A stretch of 64,000 bases of DNA from Paragordius varius (taxonomy: Eukaryota > Animalia > Nematomorpha). The stretch lies in the NCBI GenBank assembly GCA_964247055.1, contig OZ176055.1:372001-436000 (forward strand), given 5' to 3'. Shown here one piece after another: positions 43,001 through 54,856 of the stretch. The translations under genes and the position numbers were made by a program. Every line of letters begins with the position of its first letter. The first letter of the stretch is position 1. The notes below the pieces were generated by a model. The model was not told the origin of the DNA, ran no database searches, and saw only the letters and a list, made by a program, of their open reading frames with translations.

Positions 43001-46000
43001 TTTATTTGCAGGTGGTTTCTCCATATCCACACTAATGAATTTATTATGAGTAAGTCGGATTTTTTAAAGTCCAACCTTCATACCCGTAAAGGAAAGTTGA
43101 AAATATGATTGTTGCATTGTGAGTTGAATTTTCGTTTTTAAGCTGGCATCATGAGACCTAATCCTAAACATATTTCTCATCACATTTTCTCATTATTAGC
43201 AAATATTGGAAAAATCGTGTAATCTCAGCATCCGTATCGGAATGAGGAAATTACGGGGTGCTCATAACAATAATAAATTAGATTTAGTAGTAAACGAAAT
43301 GATTATGTATAGAAATGGCATGCTATAAATTAAGCTGAAATGAGAATACTTAAAACTATAATTTAGGGAATATACCCAAACCTATATAATTACAATAATA
43401 AATTTGACCCATATACTGTCCTACAAGACTCCCTTTTATCGACTGTTAGCCCACAAATCATCTGATATTCGCGGGACATGTTCACCGACGCCCACAAGAA
43501 AATTGGCTATACCGCATGGTCAATTTTTCTATAAGTCTACGAAATCGTAAAGGACGTCTATTAAAAAGTTGGCTTTCTATTGCGGAAAATGATCTGGCTA
43601 TTTTAAATCTGAAATTGAAGATGCACAGGACCGATGCTTATGGCTTAAAGGTATTTAAAGGAATACCTCCTTTTCGGGAGAAAAAACCCCTAATGGTTGA
43701 TAAAGGTTGACATTCCCTCTACCGGAACTTTATTTGACAATCATCTAATGTATCACTCTAGCCATAACTCGTTAAAATACAACGGTGTTGGTATAATAAT
43801 AAATGACAACCTACCCATACTAGAATAAAATTTAAACGCAATTTCTAATAACTACAATTACGAAACTGTTACTCACTTTAAATATCTGGGTGACGAAATA
43901 TCCGCCAAAGGAGGTATCAGTGATGGCTTCAAACAGATCATCTGAAGCATGGAAAAAATACCATGGACTAAAACAGATAATTAATAATAAATACATCAAA
44001 CTTGAAACGAAATCGCAACTTTATTCTACCATTTTCCGTTCTGCAATAACGCAGGGAATGTTGGCCCATGACAGTAAAACCTTGTTAAATTCCAAAAATC
44101 AGAATTTAAAATACTTAAAACAATCTTTTTGTAGATAATACCAAACACTATAATTTTAATAATCAATTCGATTCTTATAAAATCCTTAATATCACTGCTC
44201 TTAATCGCTTTCTAAAGCTTAAAGACTGAGATGGGCTGGCCACATCCATCGTAGACCACCAGATAATTATATACATATTATGATGTCCTACACCACATCT
44301 AGATAGCAGACCCTTCAAAAGCTGGATTAGTACACTATATGATGATCTTATTGAGGTCAAATAAAAAATAGAAGGTTCAGAAAATAGAAACAATTGGAAA
44401 GCAGCAATATAAACTTATCTCAAATCAGCTACCTTCAACTCTGAAGAACAACCGCTTTGATGATAAATAAATAGCAGATTTATCTGACATTTTGAATCTA
44501 ATCAATGAACGTTGCGATCTGCATACAAACAACCCCTCAATCTTACTATCTTTCAAATTTATGCCCCTACCCCCTCTTACACCAATGACAAGATGGGAAA
44601 AAATTTACAGGGATCTCGACTTGGCGCTTTCCTCTATATCAAAAAAGGATTTCATATCTTTTTTAGGACACTTCAATTCCAGGCTTGGGCATAAATGAGA
44701 AATGAGATATATATTGATCGAATTCTGTGCTAACCATCGTTTCTTTGTCCCAAACGTAAACAATCTAAACGACGTCTAACATGACGTTCTCCGTGTCAAA
44801 GATACCACCAAATTGACTTTTCATATTAGGTATGGTTAAATATAAAAGTTTATTTCATAATTTTGAATATCTGCCGGGATCGGATTGCTACAGCGACCAC
44901 AACCTATTAATCGCTAAACTCTGCATTAAATTAAAACTTCCCCAAATATCCAAAATTTCAAGAACAAGTTTAGATTATGATACAATCGACGACAAATTTA
45001 GCACCTCTTTATTTAAATCGTTTCAAGTGTCTTGAACATATCTACGAAAAATGTCACAATATAAATCTCTTTTTGGAATGCTATACACACAATTTGCAGA
45101 GATACAGCTGATGAATATATATAAAAATTGAATTGTCAGCAAAAAGTCTTGAGATCGAAGAAAAACGTAGAGAATCTAAAATTAAATGCATATGGGATGA
45201 ATACAAACTAAACAGTGAATTTTAAAAGAGTGCAAGAGAAGACAAACATAATTATGAATAACTGTGCGAAAAGTTAGAAACAGACGCCAAAAATAACCGA
45301 ACTTTTTTGCCCATACAACCAATTTTATTCAACACAAAAAACTTTCAACAAGGGACCTATGAGAAACGACAACAACTTAATCGTCACTGAAAAAGACGAA
45401 ATCCGCAAACTCTGGCTTAAACATATAAGTAAACTTTATGACATAAATACCCCTCAAATATCAAGAAACCTACTAAAGAGAAAGACCCACCTATAATGTG
45501 AAAGAAGCTGAATACGCTATAAAACACTCAGTATCGGCAAATCAGAGGGGCACAGAGACATCCCTACTGAAATAATAAAATATATTCCAATCGATATATT
45601 CACCAAATTATTCCACAATATATTTGATATGGAAAAAATTCCTGATGATTGGTGTAAATCAATTATGACTTATAAAGCTAATCCAGAGTGCCACAACTAT
45701 CGCACCATAGCGCGCATTAACCAGGTGTTCCGAGTTTTCCTAAAAATTATACAGGTTAAATCTTGACCCCGAGATATCCACGATTCAAGCTGGTTATCGG
45801 AAAGGTAGTGGATGCCGAGATATGATTTGCAATATGAGGTGGATACTAGAGAAAGAAATCGAATTTAACAACCTGACAGGTGCTTTGTCGATTTTTCCAA
45901 AGCATTTGATTCTATCCAACACAATAAATTACGAACATCCCTAAAACAACTTGGAGTATCAACCCATCTAATCAACGTCATATTCTCAATTTACTTAAAT

Positions 46001-47789
46001 TCCACTGCTGTATCTAAACCTAAGGGTATAATCGATTTATGTAAGGTACAAGTCGGCTTACGCCAAGGATGCGTTCTATCCCCATTTCTTTTTAACACAT
46101 ATCTCGAATGCATACTAAACATGATACAAACTTATGGCATCAACGTAGGAAGAAACCTACTCACATCCGTTCATTACGCGGATGACACAATATTATTCGC
46201 GGACATTGTAGACACATCGCAAGCTTTGCAATTGTTTACGACTGAATGCGGTAAATACGGATTAAATTCATCTTAAAAAAACAAAAGTTATACAAATCAA
46301 TCCGGCTCAAACAACTAATTTAATAATCCTCAACAACGGTAATCAGATTGAAGGGGTATAAAGTTACACATATATGGGCAGCATTATAAACAATCACAAC
46401 CACTTAAATAAAACGCTAAAGCAGTTACATTCAAATATAACGAGATTTGTACGTCACACGACATTAAACTAAAAAATAGATTAATCAAGGCAACAGTTTT
46501 CCCATTCCTATATGGGTGAGGCTGGACGCTTAAAAAATATGAAAACGACTAATAAATTCTTTCGAATTATGGGTTTGGAGAAAACTTCTAAATAAAATAA
46601 AAAGACATAATTCCTAACGCCACTATTTTAATTAAAATTAATAATCCGGAAATGTCACTACTTGGCAGCAATATGGCAAAAACTATCCTTTTTGGCCACA
46701 TATGAGATCCAACTCACTTGAAAAGTCAATGCTACTGGGAAAGTCTGCTTGTAAAAGAGGACGAAGAAGAAGGACTCGTTCAATGGATAACATCCTTAAA
46801 GAAACCAACCAATCATTATCCGAACTAAACGCCAGATCCCGTATTCGCAATGAATGGAAAAGTTATATTTTCAATGTTGCAATTAGTCGGAATCGACCTT
46901 AGCAACAACAACAACAATTTTTTGCGGACCCGTCACGTTTTAAACTTTCGAGATATATTTAGTTTTTGACTATTTTAAGAGAAAGCCCGTTACAGTTATT
47001 CAAGCGTTTCCAACTTTCGGGTATTTGTAACATGTTTGTTTTTTAGGCTCTAGCCCATATTTTTGGCACTCATCCACAAAATGTTGTAGTATGAGCGCCC
47101 TAATGAGCTTGGAGAAGATAAAAAAATATACAGAGTCTCTTTTTTCCTTTTTTATATTAAAAGGTATGGACTTAAATTGTAGTGAAGACTTTTACATTCG
47201 TCAGCTCTGGGCTGAGAGTGATGATAGAAAAATTGCGTAGTTTCGTAATTTTATCGAAAGTTAATTGACAATACGTGTGTTAATTATAAATTTACTCTAA
47301 TAAATTGATTCATATTTAACTGTATTATAATATCAATAATAAATTTTTTTTAAATACTCTCTGAACGGATTCGCAAAAAAAACATCAAAATTTGACAGTA
47401 TACTACTCTAAGTATTTGTATACCTTAATCGTCACTGAAAAACCCTTTATTTATTATTAATATTTATTCATATAGCGGCATTGTAGTAAATTTTAATAAT
47501 ATATTAATCCAATAATTTTTCGTATTGTATATCATAATACTTTATGATATACATGGGGATTAATTAAAAAGGTTAATGAATCATATATCATTCGATAGCT
47601 ATTTTAGGATATTAAATATATCATTACGCGGTTAAAATACTATAAAAACTTTTTATCAGCCAAAATTAAAATATTACCTATGCGCCCCGACAAAACCTTT
47701 TATTTGTTTAAATATAGCCGAAAAATCAATTCTAAGCCAAAATATTATGTGTTGTTCTTTATTTCATAATGTGATAACTGTAATTTTTT

Positions 47790-47869
<80 letters not shown>

Positions 47870-48102
47870 GCACTCTAAATTTTGGGGCTGATGCCGATAT
47901 AGTTATTTTGAATGGGAACGATTTAACCGTTTGTGCAACGTTTGTTCAAGGCCACCTATGTTTTAGTTGCCAACAAGCAAATATATTATCAAAGCAAAAC
48001 CAATCAAAAGATAAAACAAATAATGGAAAGAATACTCAATTTTATAATCCCAAATATTTAGAATATCTCAGGGCTTCCGGAATAGATTTTTGTATTTTAT
48101 AG
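35964..48102 (+). CDS. AMDHD2: N-acetylglucosamine-6-phosphate deacetylase (amidohydrolase), 11 exons, 535 aa
   Basis: All introns GT-AG and phase-consistent. Exons: 35964-36165, 36192-36334, 36721-36775, 37345-37713, 38210-38298, 39279-39459, 39835-39940, 40721-40828, 41709-41755, 42435-42509, 47870-48102 (1608 nt). Motifs: [103 protein letters not shown]. Confidence 0.93.
36398..36701. mobile_element. Foldback-like element family 3 copy filling most of AMDHD2 intron 2
   Basis: ta|ccatttacagttcaaattcaccc ... gcgaattcgaattgtaaatgg|ta. Confidence 0.85.
40064..40697. mobile_element. Foldback-like element family 3 copy with an expanded right arm, in AMDHD2 intron 7
   Basis: The left arm has about 3 repeat units; the right arm is the 18-unit array, ending gtaaatga. 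Confidence 0.82.
40321..40697. repeat. Minisatellite, about 18 units of GGGTGAATTTGAATTGTTCAA (21 bp)
   Basis: Counted manually. One unit is 16 bp, and a recurrent 22-bp variant GGGTAAAATATGAATTGTTCAA occurs at units 4, 6 and 17. No spacers. Confidence 0.95.
42690..43215 (-). mobile_element. Degenerate RTE-clade LINE, 3' portion (C-terminal to RT)
   Basis: Minus-strand fragments [12 protein letters not shown]..., [26 protein letters not shown]..., LSYFSHIM and [12 protein letters not shown] match the RTE C-terminal region; stops and frameshifts present. Confidence 0.7.
43220..46917 (+). mobile_element. Degenerate near-full-length RTE/BovB-like LINE (APE endonuclease + RT) in AMDHD2 intron 10
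   Basis: Endonuclease fragments [28 protein letters not shown] and [12 protein letters not shown]; RT fragments [28 protein letters not shown] and YADD (46175-46186); (CAA)n tail ending about 46917; many stops and frameshifts. Confidence 0.88.
43380..44412 (+). mobile_element. 5'-truncated LINE 3' fragment nested in the endonuclease region of the RTE
   Basis: [53 protein letters not shown] and [10 protein letters not shown] are RT/C-terminal motifs lying between two halves of the host endonuclease. Confidence 0.65.
46920..47260 (-). mobile_element. Degenerate RTE LINE RT fragment (probably the other half of the 42690-43215 element)
   Basis: Minus strand reads ..[18 protein letters not shown] and ..YLESLKRD (RT domains 4-7, YLGS-like); clearer in the duplicate at about 54860-55200 (IIVNGLSIEIVKN*TYLES). 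Confidence 0.6.
47795..47866. repeat. (TA)36 microsatellite directly abutting the CAG acceptor of AMDHD2 exon 11
   Basis: Pure TA run followed by cag|GC (exon starts 47870). Confidence 0.95.
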
Positions 48103-48590
48103 GATTTTTGTACATTTTCACATATGCCTATATAATATATTTGATCGATATTTTTAATAGAGCTACCTGAATTTTTTTTATTTTTTATCTACTAATAATA
48201 CTACGATTATAATTAAAAATTATTTTATGTATAGTTTACAGAGATATTTAGCAAAGTTTAAATGCAATTGGAACTGAAATTATACGGACAAAACGTAAAA
48301 ATTAAAGACAAAAATTTGTTTTTCAAAAGATAACTATACTTTTTAAACCTTATTTTTTCTCTATAAATTATATATTTTGCAATTGCAATATATAATTGAT
48401 TGTGTTACTAATATTTATATTTGCTACTTTGCAATCCTAAACAATAATGTAATATTGAAAAAACCAAGAAATAAAAAATATTTGACTTAATATTTTTACG
48501 TTTTGTATTTATTTATAATTTCAATTTTTACTGCATTAAAATAAATAAATAAATGTAATATATATTTGTATCTATACATTGTTATATTTA

Positions 48591-50002
48591 TTACAATCTA
48601 TCAACAAAATTTTGGTTTAATTCACGTTGATATTCGCAATCATCCCAAGTATTTTCATTTAGCATTTTATCTGTGGAGAAAATATAAAATATCGATATAA
48701 AAACAGTATACCATAGCTAGTCCAAAGTAAAATTCAACCAAACGCAACATTTTTTATCCAACAGGCTTTACAAATGTTGCATTTGGTGGGAATATGCGTT
48801 TGATTGAAAAAATGTTGCGTATGACTGAAAAAATGTTGCCTTTGACTGAAAAATGGTATTTATAAGATAAAAATTACCTATTGTCGATTTTATGGTATTT
48901 ATCCTTAGGGCATCCTCTTTAATATACTGATTTAGATTTGTCGACATTTTTTCGGCCTCCTGGAAAAAATGTAGAAAAATAAATTAGACGTGCGATTTCA
49001 ATGACCAAAAATTAATTTACAATGGTTTACACTTGTGAATTATATAAAAAACGTTCACTATTTTTTTACAAAAAGCCCTTAATATGATATATTAGATATA
49101 AATTAAATACGCTTATAACGTTACGATAATACAAGAATATTAATGTAAGTATTTTGGAGATTCTAATTTTGTAATCTTTGCAATTAAGGTTTTATCATAT
49201 GAAAAATGTAAACACCTATAAATTTAAAGCCGTAATGATTATAAAATAAAATGAACTTTTTCTGGACCTTTATTTAGGCTTTTCATATTTAGCTTATATA
49301 TCTAACATTAAATGGCGTTACTTACACGTTGAAATTCTTTTTCTAGAGTTCTGATACGCCGTAAGATAGGTTCAATCATTGGCTCTATACAAAGGTCTGG
49401 GCACAACATAAATGTATTGCTGTCAACAGGATTAAATTGTAGGGTGTTTTCCAAGGCTGGTTTTCTAAAAAAGTAATGTTGAGAAATATTAACGATATGT
49501 TTATTTTCAACTAGAGTTAATTAAAGAATTAAGTTTTAAATAATCCTATAGAAATTATAGAATGCTTTAAGGAAGTTATCTCATAAAAACGAAATAAAGT
49601 ATATCCATATATAGATGTCAATGAAGAACAGATCCTAGTGCAAAGGTAACAGACACTTTTTAATATTTTGGTGAGGAAAAACAGAAATTTATTAAAATAT
49701 ATTTTGGTTAAGGTCGGCAAAAAAATTATCATGAATGTCAGTCCTTGACAGGCGAGTGTTGAAGCTTTCATGCTTTCTATATACTATTTATTTTCTTGTC
49801 ATTTCTTACGAAAAAAAGTGAAAAACTCCTTTAAAACAGGGGTGTCCATGACAAATAACTTCGCTGGCCACAATTTCAAATCGAAAATCGGTGGTTGTGC
49901 CTTGAAAAAGTATAAACACATGTAAAATTAGCTTTGGTCTATGGCACGTGTAAATATTTAACCACAATAATTTTTCCCAAATTTAATAATTTGCATAGTC
50001 AT

Positions 50003-50034
<32 letters not shown>

Positions 50035-51691
50035 GGCAGGTAGGGAGATTATAACCCAAAATTATAATGGGCCGCGTGTTAGACACCCACTCCAGCTCCA
50101 AACTGTATATTAATTAATAAATGATGTTTAATATGGATCAAACGCATATAAGACCCTTGAGAGTTCATAGTTAAATTTATCTTAACAGTTTAAAATCCAA
50201 ATATAAAAACTCACGGTATAGTTTTTGAGGATTTTGTATCCAAAGTCGCAGTCGTGTTTTCCATCCTATCATGTGATAGTTGTTCAATTTTTTTGGTCAA
50301 ATCGGCCAACTGGTGTTGTATATCAAGTTTAAAATGCCTAATACAGTAAAAATTGAAATTATACGGACAAAATGTTAATAAATATAAAAAGACAAATATT
50401 GTTTTCCAAACGACAGCCATAGTTTTTGAATCTTGATTTATTTAAATACTCTTTGTTTTAAATTGCAAAGTACATAATAAATGTATATTGTTAAAATAAT
50501 TAATTATTTATTTTACGATTATTAATAAATAGGATAAAATAAGGTTTAAAAAAGTATGGTTGTTTTTTTAAAAAAATATTTGTCCTTATCATTACGTTTT
50601 CTCCGTATAATTTCAATTTTAACTGTAAATAGTTAATATAAGGACTTGCAAATACTTTATTTCGGATTCAATCATATTATTTCCTGTATAAGTATCGGCT
50701 AGTGTGTATTTTGGCTTCATGGATGGGAAATTATTTTTTTGCATATAAACTTCGGAATTTTTATGTTTGGGACTGTCCTGTTTTTCTTCGATTGGCTATA
50801 TCATATTTTTTGGATTAAATTGGGAATTATAATATATTTTACAATTGAAATATAAAAATTATTCCTAAAACTGTGCTAAGTTTTACATTTGTATAAAAAT
50901 ATAATTATTAATGGAAAATTTTGTTACTCTCTTGGCTAATTTTATATTTATAGGTCTTTGATAATTTATAAAGATATAAATCTTATACTGTTGATTTCGA
51001 AATATTTCCCACCAAAATCCATTATAAAACGAATTAAAAAATTATTTAGCCTTATTTTTTTATTTCAATTGCACTATAGAAACTATACTTCATTCCTGAT
51101 TTCATTTTGCAGAGAATCCTTATCTGGTGTGAGGAACATAAAAGATTTTTGTGGATGTAAGCGCTTATTATGTTTGCTACTTTTATCGTTTTCAAAATCC
51201 TTCAATGGTGTTATGAGCGGTTTTTCCACATTTGATTCAAGATTAATATCTGGAATGTTTAGTGATTTCTTATGTGTTGGTTTATTTCCAACGAGCGAGT
51301 CAATAGAATTGTCGGAATGAATTCTACCATTCTCAGAATTATTAAAATAATTATTTTGTCCTTTCGTTCCAATCTTTTTATCCACATAGGAATTATTATC
51401 GCTACTATTTTCCCCAAAATCTAGGGAAGAATTTAAGGACGGGGAGGAAGCCGTTGCTGTATAATTGGCAGCGCTAGAATTTTTTTTCGCATTGTTAATT
51501 TTTAGGGTAAGTTTGGATTTAGAATCATCAGAATGATTAATGCTATCACTAATACTATTGCTTTCTCCATCCTTCTCCTCTGAATACTTTGTCGTGAGTT
51601 GGGATGGAAGCTTGTTTATTACTGAACTTTTTTTCAAAAGTGCCAAGTTAGATGGTAGATTAGTTTGTTTCGATGTCCTGCGATTAAGCAT
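48591..51691 (-). CDS. Uncharacterised multi-exon protein, paralog A (S/N/K-rich disordered N-terminus, predicted coiled-coil C-terminal half)
   Basis: Exons 51691-51089 (GAA|gtatag), 50795-50656, 50337-50215, [unresolved link], 49510-49326 (CGT|gtaagt), 48959-48878 and 48670-48591 (TAA). Phases match at every junction except exon 3 to 49510, which needs a 3n+2 exon I could not find. All six exons stay open in paralog B, with in-frame indels and synonymous changes. Confidence 0.72.
48730..48857. repeat. Foldback-like element with 21-bp units (AAAAAATGTTGC[C/G]TTTGACTG), ending AAATGG|TA
   Basis: Inverted caaccaaacgcaacatttt arm plus tandem right-arm units; a longer orthologous copy lies at about 56570-56757. 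Confidence 0.65.
50344..50625. mobile_element. MITE family 1 copy occupying 282 of 318 nt of an intron
   Basis: ta|cagtaaaaattgaaattatacggac ... ccgtataatttcaattttaactg|ta; orthologous copy at 58341-58623. Confidence 0.85.
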
Positions 51692-52136
51692 TTGCGACTT
51701 TTTTTTGGTTAATATCAACAAATGTCACAATTACACGTAATATAATAATATACTTATTATATGCGTAAAAAGGTAAAAAATTACACAGGTATATATAAAC
51801 ATATATATATTGATTATTTTAATCCTGCGCATATTGGAAGAAAAAAGCCTATATGAAATATAAACATATATACTTGTCTTAAGCGTCCCCCTGCAATCAC
51901 TTTTATGTTTTATGTATAATAATAAAATTTATTGCTTATGAGCTATAATATAAAATCATGTTATATTTTAATAAAAAATCAAATTGTTTGTTGAAAATAT
52001 ATTTCTAATTACTAATATTTTTATTATTTTAAAATAAATTTTGATATCTATTATGCGCTTCTTTTTCCCCAAATTAATGCTATTTATAATTATAAAAATT
52101 AAATTTTGCTGGAATTTTAATAGAAATTTAAATATA

Positions 52137-52255
52137 CCATTTCCCAGTCAGAAAAACGTTTTCCCAGTCAATCGAAACGCTTTCCCAGTAATTCTAAACA
52201 TTTTCTTAGTCAATCGAAACATTTTCCCAGTCAATCGAAACATTTTCCCAGTTTG
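52137..52255. repeat. Six roughly 21-bp tandem units (ATTTTCCCAGTCAATCGAAAC) starting TA|CCATTTCCCAGTCA
   Basis: Units begin at 52143, 52163, 52184, 52205, 52226 and 52247. The opposite arm was not found. Confidence 0.8.
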
Positions 52256-52827
52256 CATGAATATTTGCAATTAACTTTAATCTATAGTTACGGATAAAAT
52301 AATAACATTCATAAAAATATACCATTTTTATCTCAAAAGTCATTTAACACTTAATATTAGATCTTTAACATATATTTTACCTTATTTTTAAAATATTTAT
52401 CATTCGGTTCAGGGAAACCAAACGCGGCCCTACGATCATCTTTGTGCGGCCCACGAAAAATTTGGAAATCCATATGCAAAAATATGCCCACAAAATCTTA
52501 GTAATATTCATATTCCTTACGCAATTACTCTGAATGAGTCTATTAAATTGGCAAAGCATTAAAAAATAATTATATTGTGTTTGTATGTTTTATGTCTAAA
52601 AATCGAACATTTATAAGTGCCCGTATATATTCTGAATGCGAAACGCCGTGCTTTTTGAGTTAAAAATGCGGCCCGCGAACATTGTGTTGGAATATTCTTT
52701 TTTATAAAATATTTTTAAAGCATAAACTATTTTTAGATATTATTCGATATTTTTATCGACAAACTTGACATGTTTAAAAACTGTTTTAAAATGTTAAATG
52801 ACCAATTTGAAATAAAAATGTTATACG

Positions 52828-54856
52828 TGAGATCGCAGAAAAATGTAGAGAATTCAAAATCAAATGCAAATGGATGAATACAAACAACTAAACAGTGAAT
52901 TTCAAAAAAATAATTATTACGACCAACTGTGCGAAAAGTTAGAAACAGATACCAAAAATAACCGAAATCTTTTTGCTCATAAAAACAATTTTATTCCACA
53001 CAAAAAAACTTTCTACAATAGACTATGAGAAACGACAACAACCCAATCGTCACTGAAAAAGACGAAATTTGCAACTCTGGCTTAAACATATAAGTAACCT
53101 TTATGACATAAATACCCCTCAAATTATCAACGAACCTATTAGAGAGTAAGACCCATCTATAATGAAAGAAGAAGCTGAAGTATCTGCAAATCAGAGGGGC
53201 ACAGATACATCCCTACTGAAATAATAAAATATATTCTGATCGATGTACTCATCAAATTATTCCAAAATATACTTGATATGGAAACAATTCCTGATGATTG
53301 GTGTAATCAATTATGATTCCTATTTTATAAAAAGGTTTAGAGTGCGACAACTATTGCACCATAGCGCGCATTAACCAGGTGTCCGAAGTTTTCCTAAAAA
53401 CAATACAGGTTTGACTAAATACCATTCTTGACCCTGAGATATGCACGATTCAGGCTGGTTTCCGATAAGGTAGAGGATCGAGATATGATTTGCAATATGA
53501 GGTGGATATAGAAACATCGAATTCCACAAAGAACTGCATATGTGCTTTGTCGATTTCTCCAAAGCATTTGATTCCATCCAACACAATAAGTTACGAACAT
53601 CCCTAAAGCAACTTGGAGTATCAACACATTTAATCAACGTCATATTCTCAATTTACTTAAATTCACGGCTGAGTATCCACACCTCACGGTATAACTGATT
53701 CATGTAAGGTGCAAGTCGGCTTACGCCAAGGATGCGTTCTATCCCCAAATTTTTTTAACGCATATCTCGAATGCATACTGTTATGTATAATAACTTAATT
53801 GTTTTTGTTAACTTAGCTCAATTGATCTTATTTTAGTTACCTTATGAAAATATAATATTATCCTTCTCTTTTACCTTTGTGCATAATACACCTTTGTACT
53901 TGTTACGCTAAAAATGTATATTATCTTGGTTTGAATGCTTTTACCTAAATACTGTAATATTGAACCTTATGCAAATATATAACTTGTGAATGCTTTCATC
54001 TAAATATTGAAATATTTAACCTTATGCAAAAATGCAACCTCGCTCTAAAACTATATATAATGGAATATAAGTTTTTATGAGATAGAAATAAATTCCCTTT
54101 TTTTCGTTTATTACACATACTAAGAAATATGCCAGAAACTTATGGCATCAACATAGGAGGAAACCTACTAACATCCGTTCATTACGCGGATGACACAGTT
54201 TTATTTGCGGACAATGAAGACACATCGCTAAAAATACGGATTAAATATCAACTTTAAAAAACAAAAGTTATACAAATCAACCCGGCTTAAACAACAAATT
54301 TAATAATTGTCAACGGTATTCTACAGAAATAAAACGAAGAATTCCCATCGCTAAAGCAGTTGTATTCAATAATTAGATTTGGATGTCACATGACATCAAA
54401 CTAAAAACCAAAATTAGATTAATCAAGGCAACAGTTACATACCTATATGGGTTGGGGGGTGGAAGCTGGACGCTGAAAAAATAAGAAAAAATGATTAATA
54501 AATTCTTTCGAATCATGGGTTTGGACGAAACTTCTCCAAATAAAATGGATAGGCAAAATTCCTAACGCCACTATTTGAAATAAATTTAATCCGGAAATGT
54601 CACTATTGGGCAGCCTAATACGGTAAAAACTATCCTTTTTTGGCCACATTATGAGATTTAATTCAATAAAGTCACTGAAGCTGGGAAAAGTGAGTGGTGC
54701 TCGTAAAAGAGGAAAAAGAACTCGTTGGATAGATAACATCCTCAAATAAACTAACCAATCATTATCCGAACTAAACGCCAGATCCTGTATTCGCAATGAA
54801 TGGATAAGTTATATTTTCAATGTAGCAGTTAGTCGGAATCGACCTTAGCAACAACA
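52828..54856 (+). mobile_element. Duplicated 3' half of the RTE LINE (degenerate RT)
   Basis: Aligns to 45150-46917; YADD at 54183-54194; same ...cgaccttagcaacaaca end; interrupted by a solo LTR. Confidence 0.88.
53779..54115 (+). mobile_element. Solo LTR, 337 bp
   Basis: TG...CA termini (TGTTAT...TTATTACA); 5-bp TSD CATAC (53774-53778 and 54116-54120); absent from the orthologous LINE site in copy A, which has a single catac; TATA-like ctatatataa (about 54051) and AATAAA (about 54087) near the 3' end. Confidence 0.82.

Larger units (their letters stand above)
45150..52073. repeat. Tandem segmental duplication, copy A (about 6.9 kb)
   Basis: Collinear with 52828-60063 from tgagatcg... to ...tctattatgcgc...ttcccc/a-aat. 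Includes the RTE 3' half, the AMDHD2 last exon and the unrecognised gene. Confidence 0.93.

Noticed and set aside
42640-46902. Several 60-80-aa ORFs, and similar ones at 53371-54796
   Set aside because: Fragments or antisense readings of decayed LINE ORF2, not host genes.
48088-48102. Possible prenylation (CaaX) signal at the AMDHD2 C-terminus, DFCIL*
   Set aside because: Cys is third from the end, not fourth, so it does not fit CaaX.
48712-48716. Putative 5-nt microexon (tag|CTATG|gtatac) on the minus strand, conserved in both copies
   Set aside because: The flanking exons already join in phase (1 to 1) without it, and inclusion would shift the frame.
49529-49938. ORF 49529-49771 and candidate exon 49938-49810 as the missing exon of the unknown gene
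   Set aside because: The paralogous region in copy B has frame-shifting indels and an in-frame TAA, the phases do not give the required 2-to-1 transition, and part of it resembles a decayed hAT end (caggggtgtcc...gccaca).
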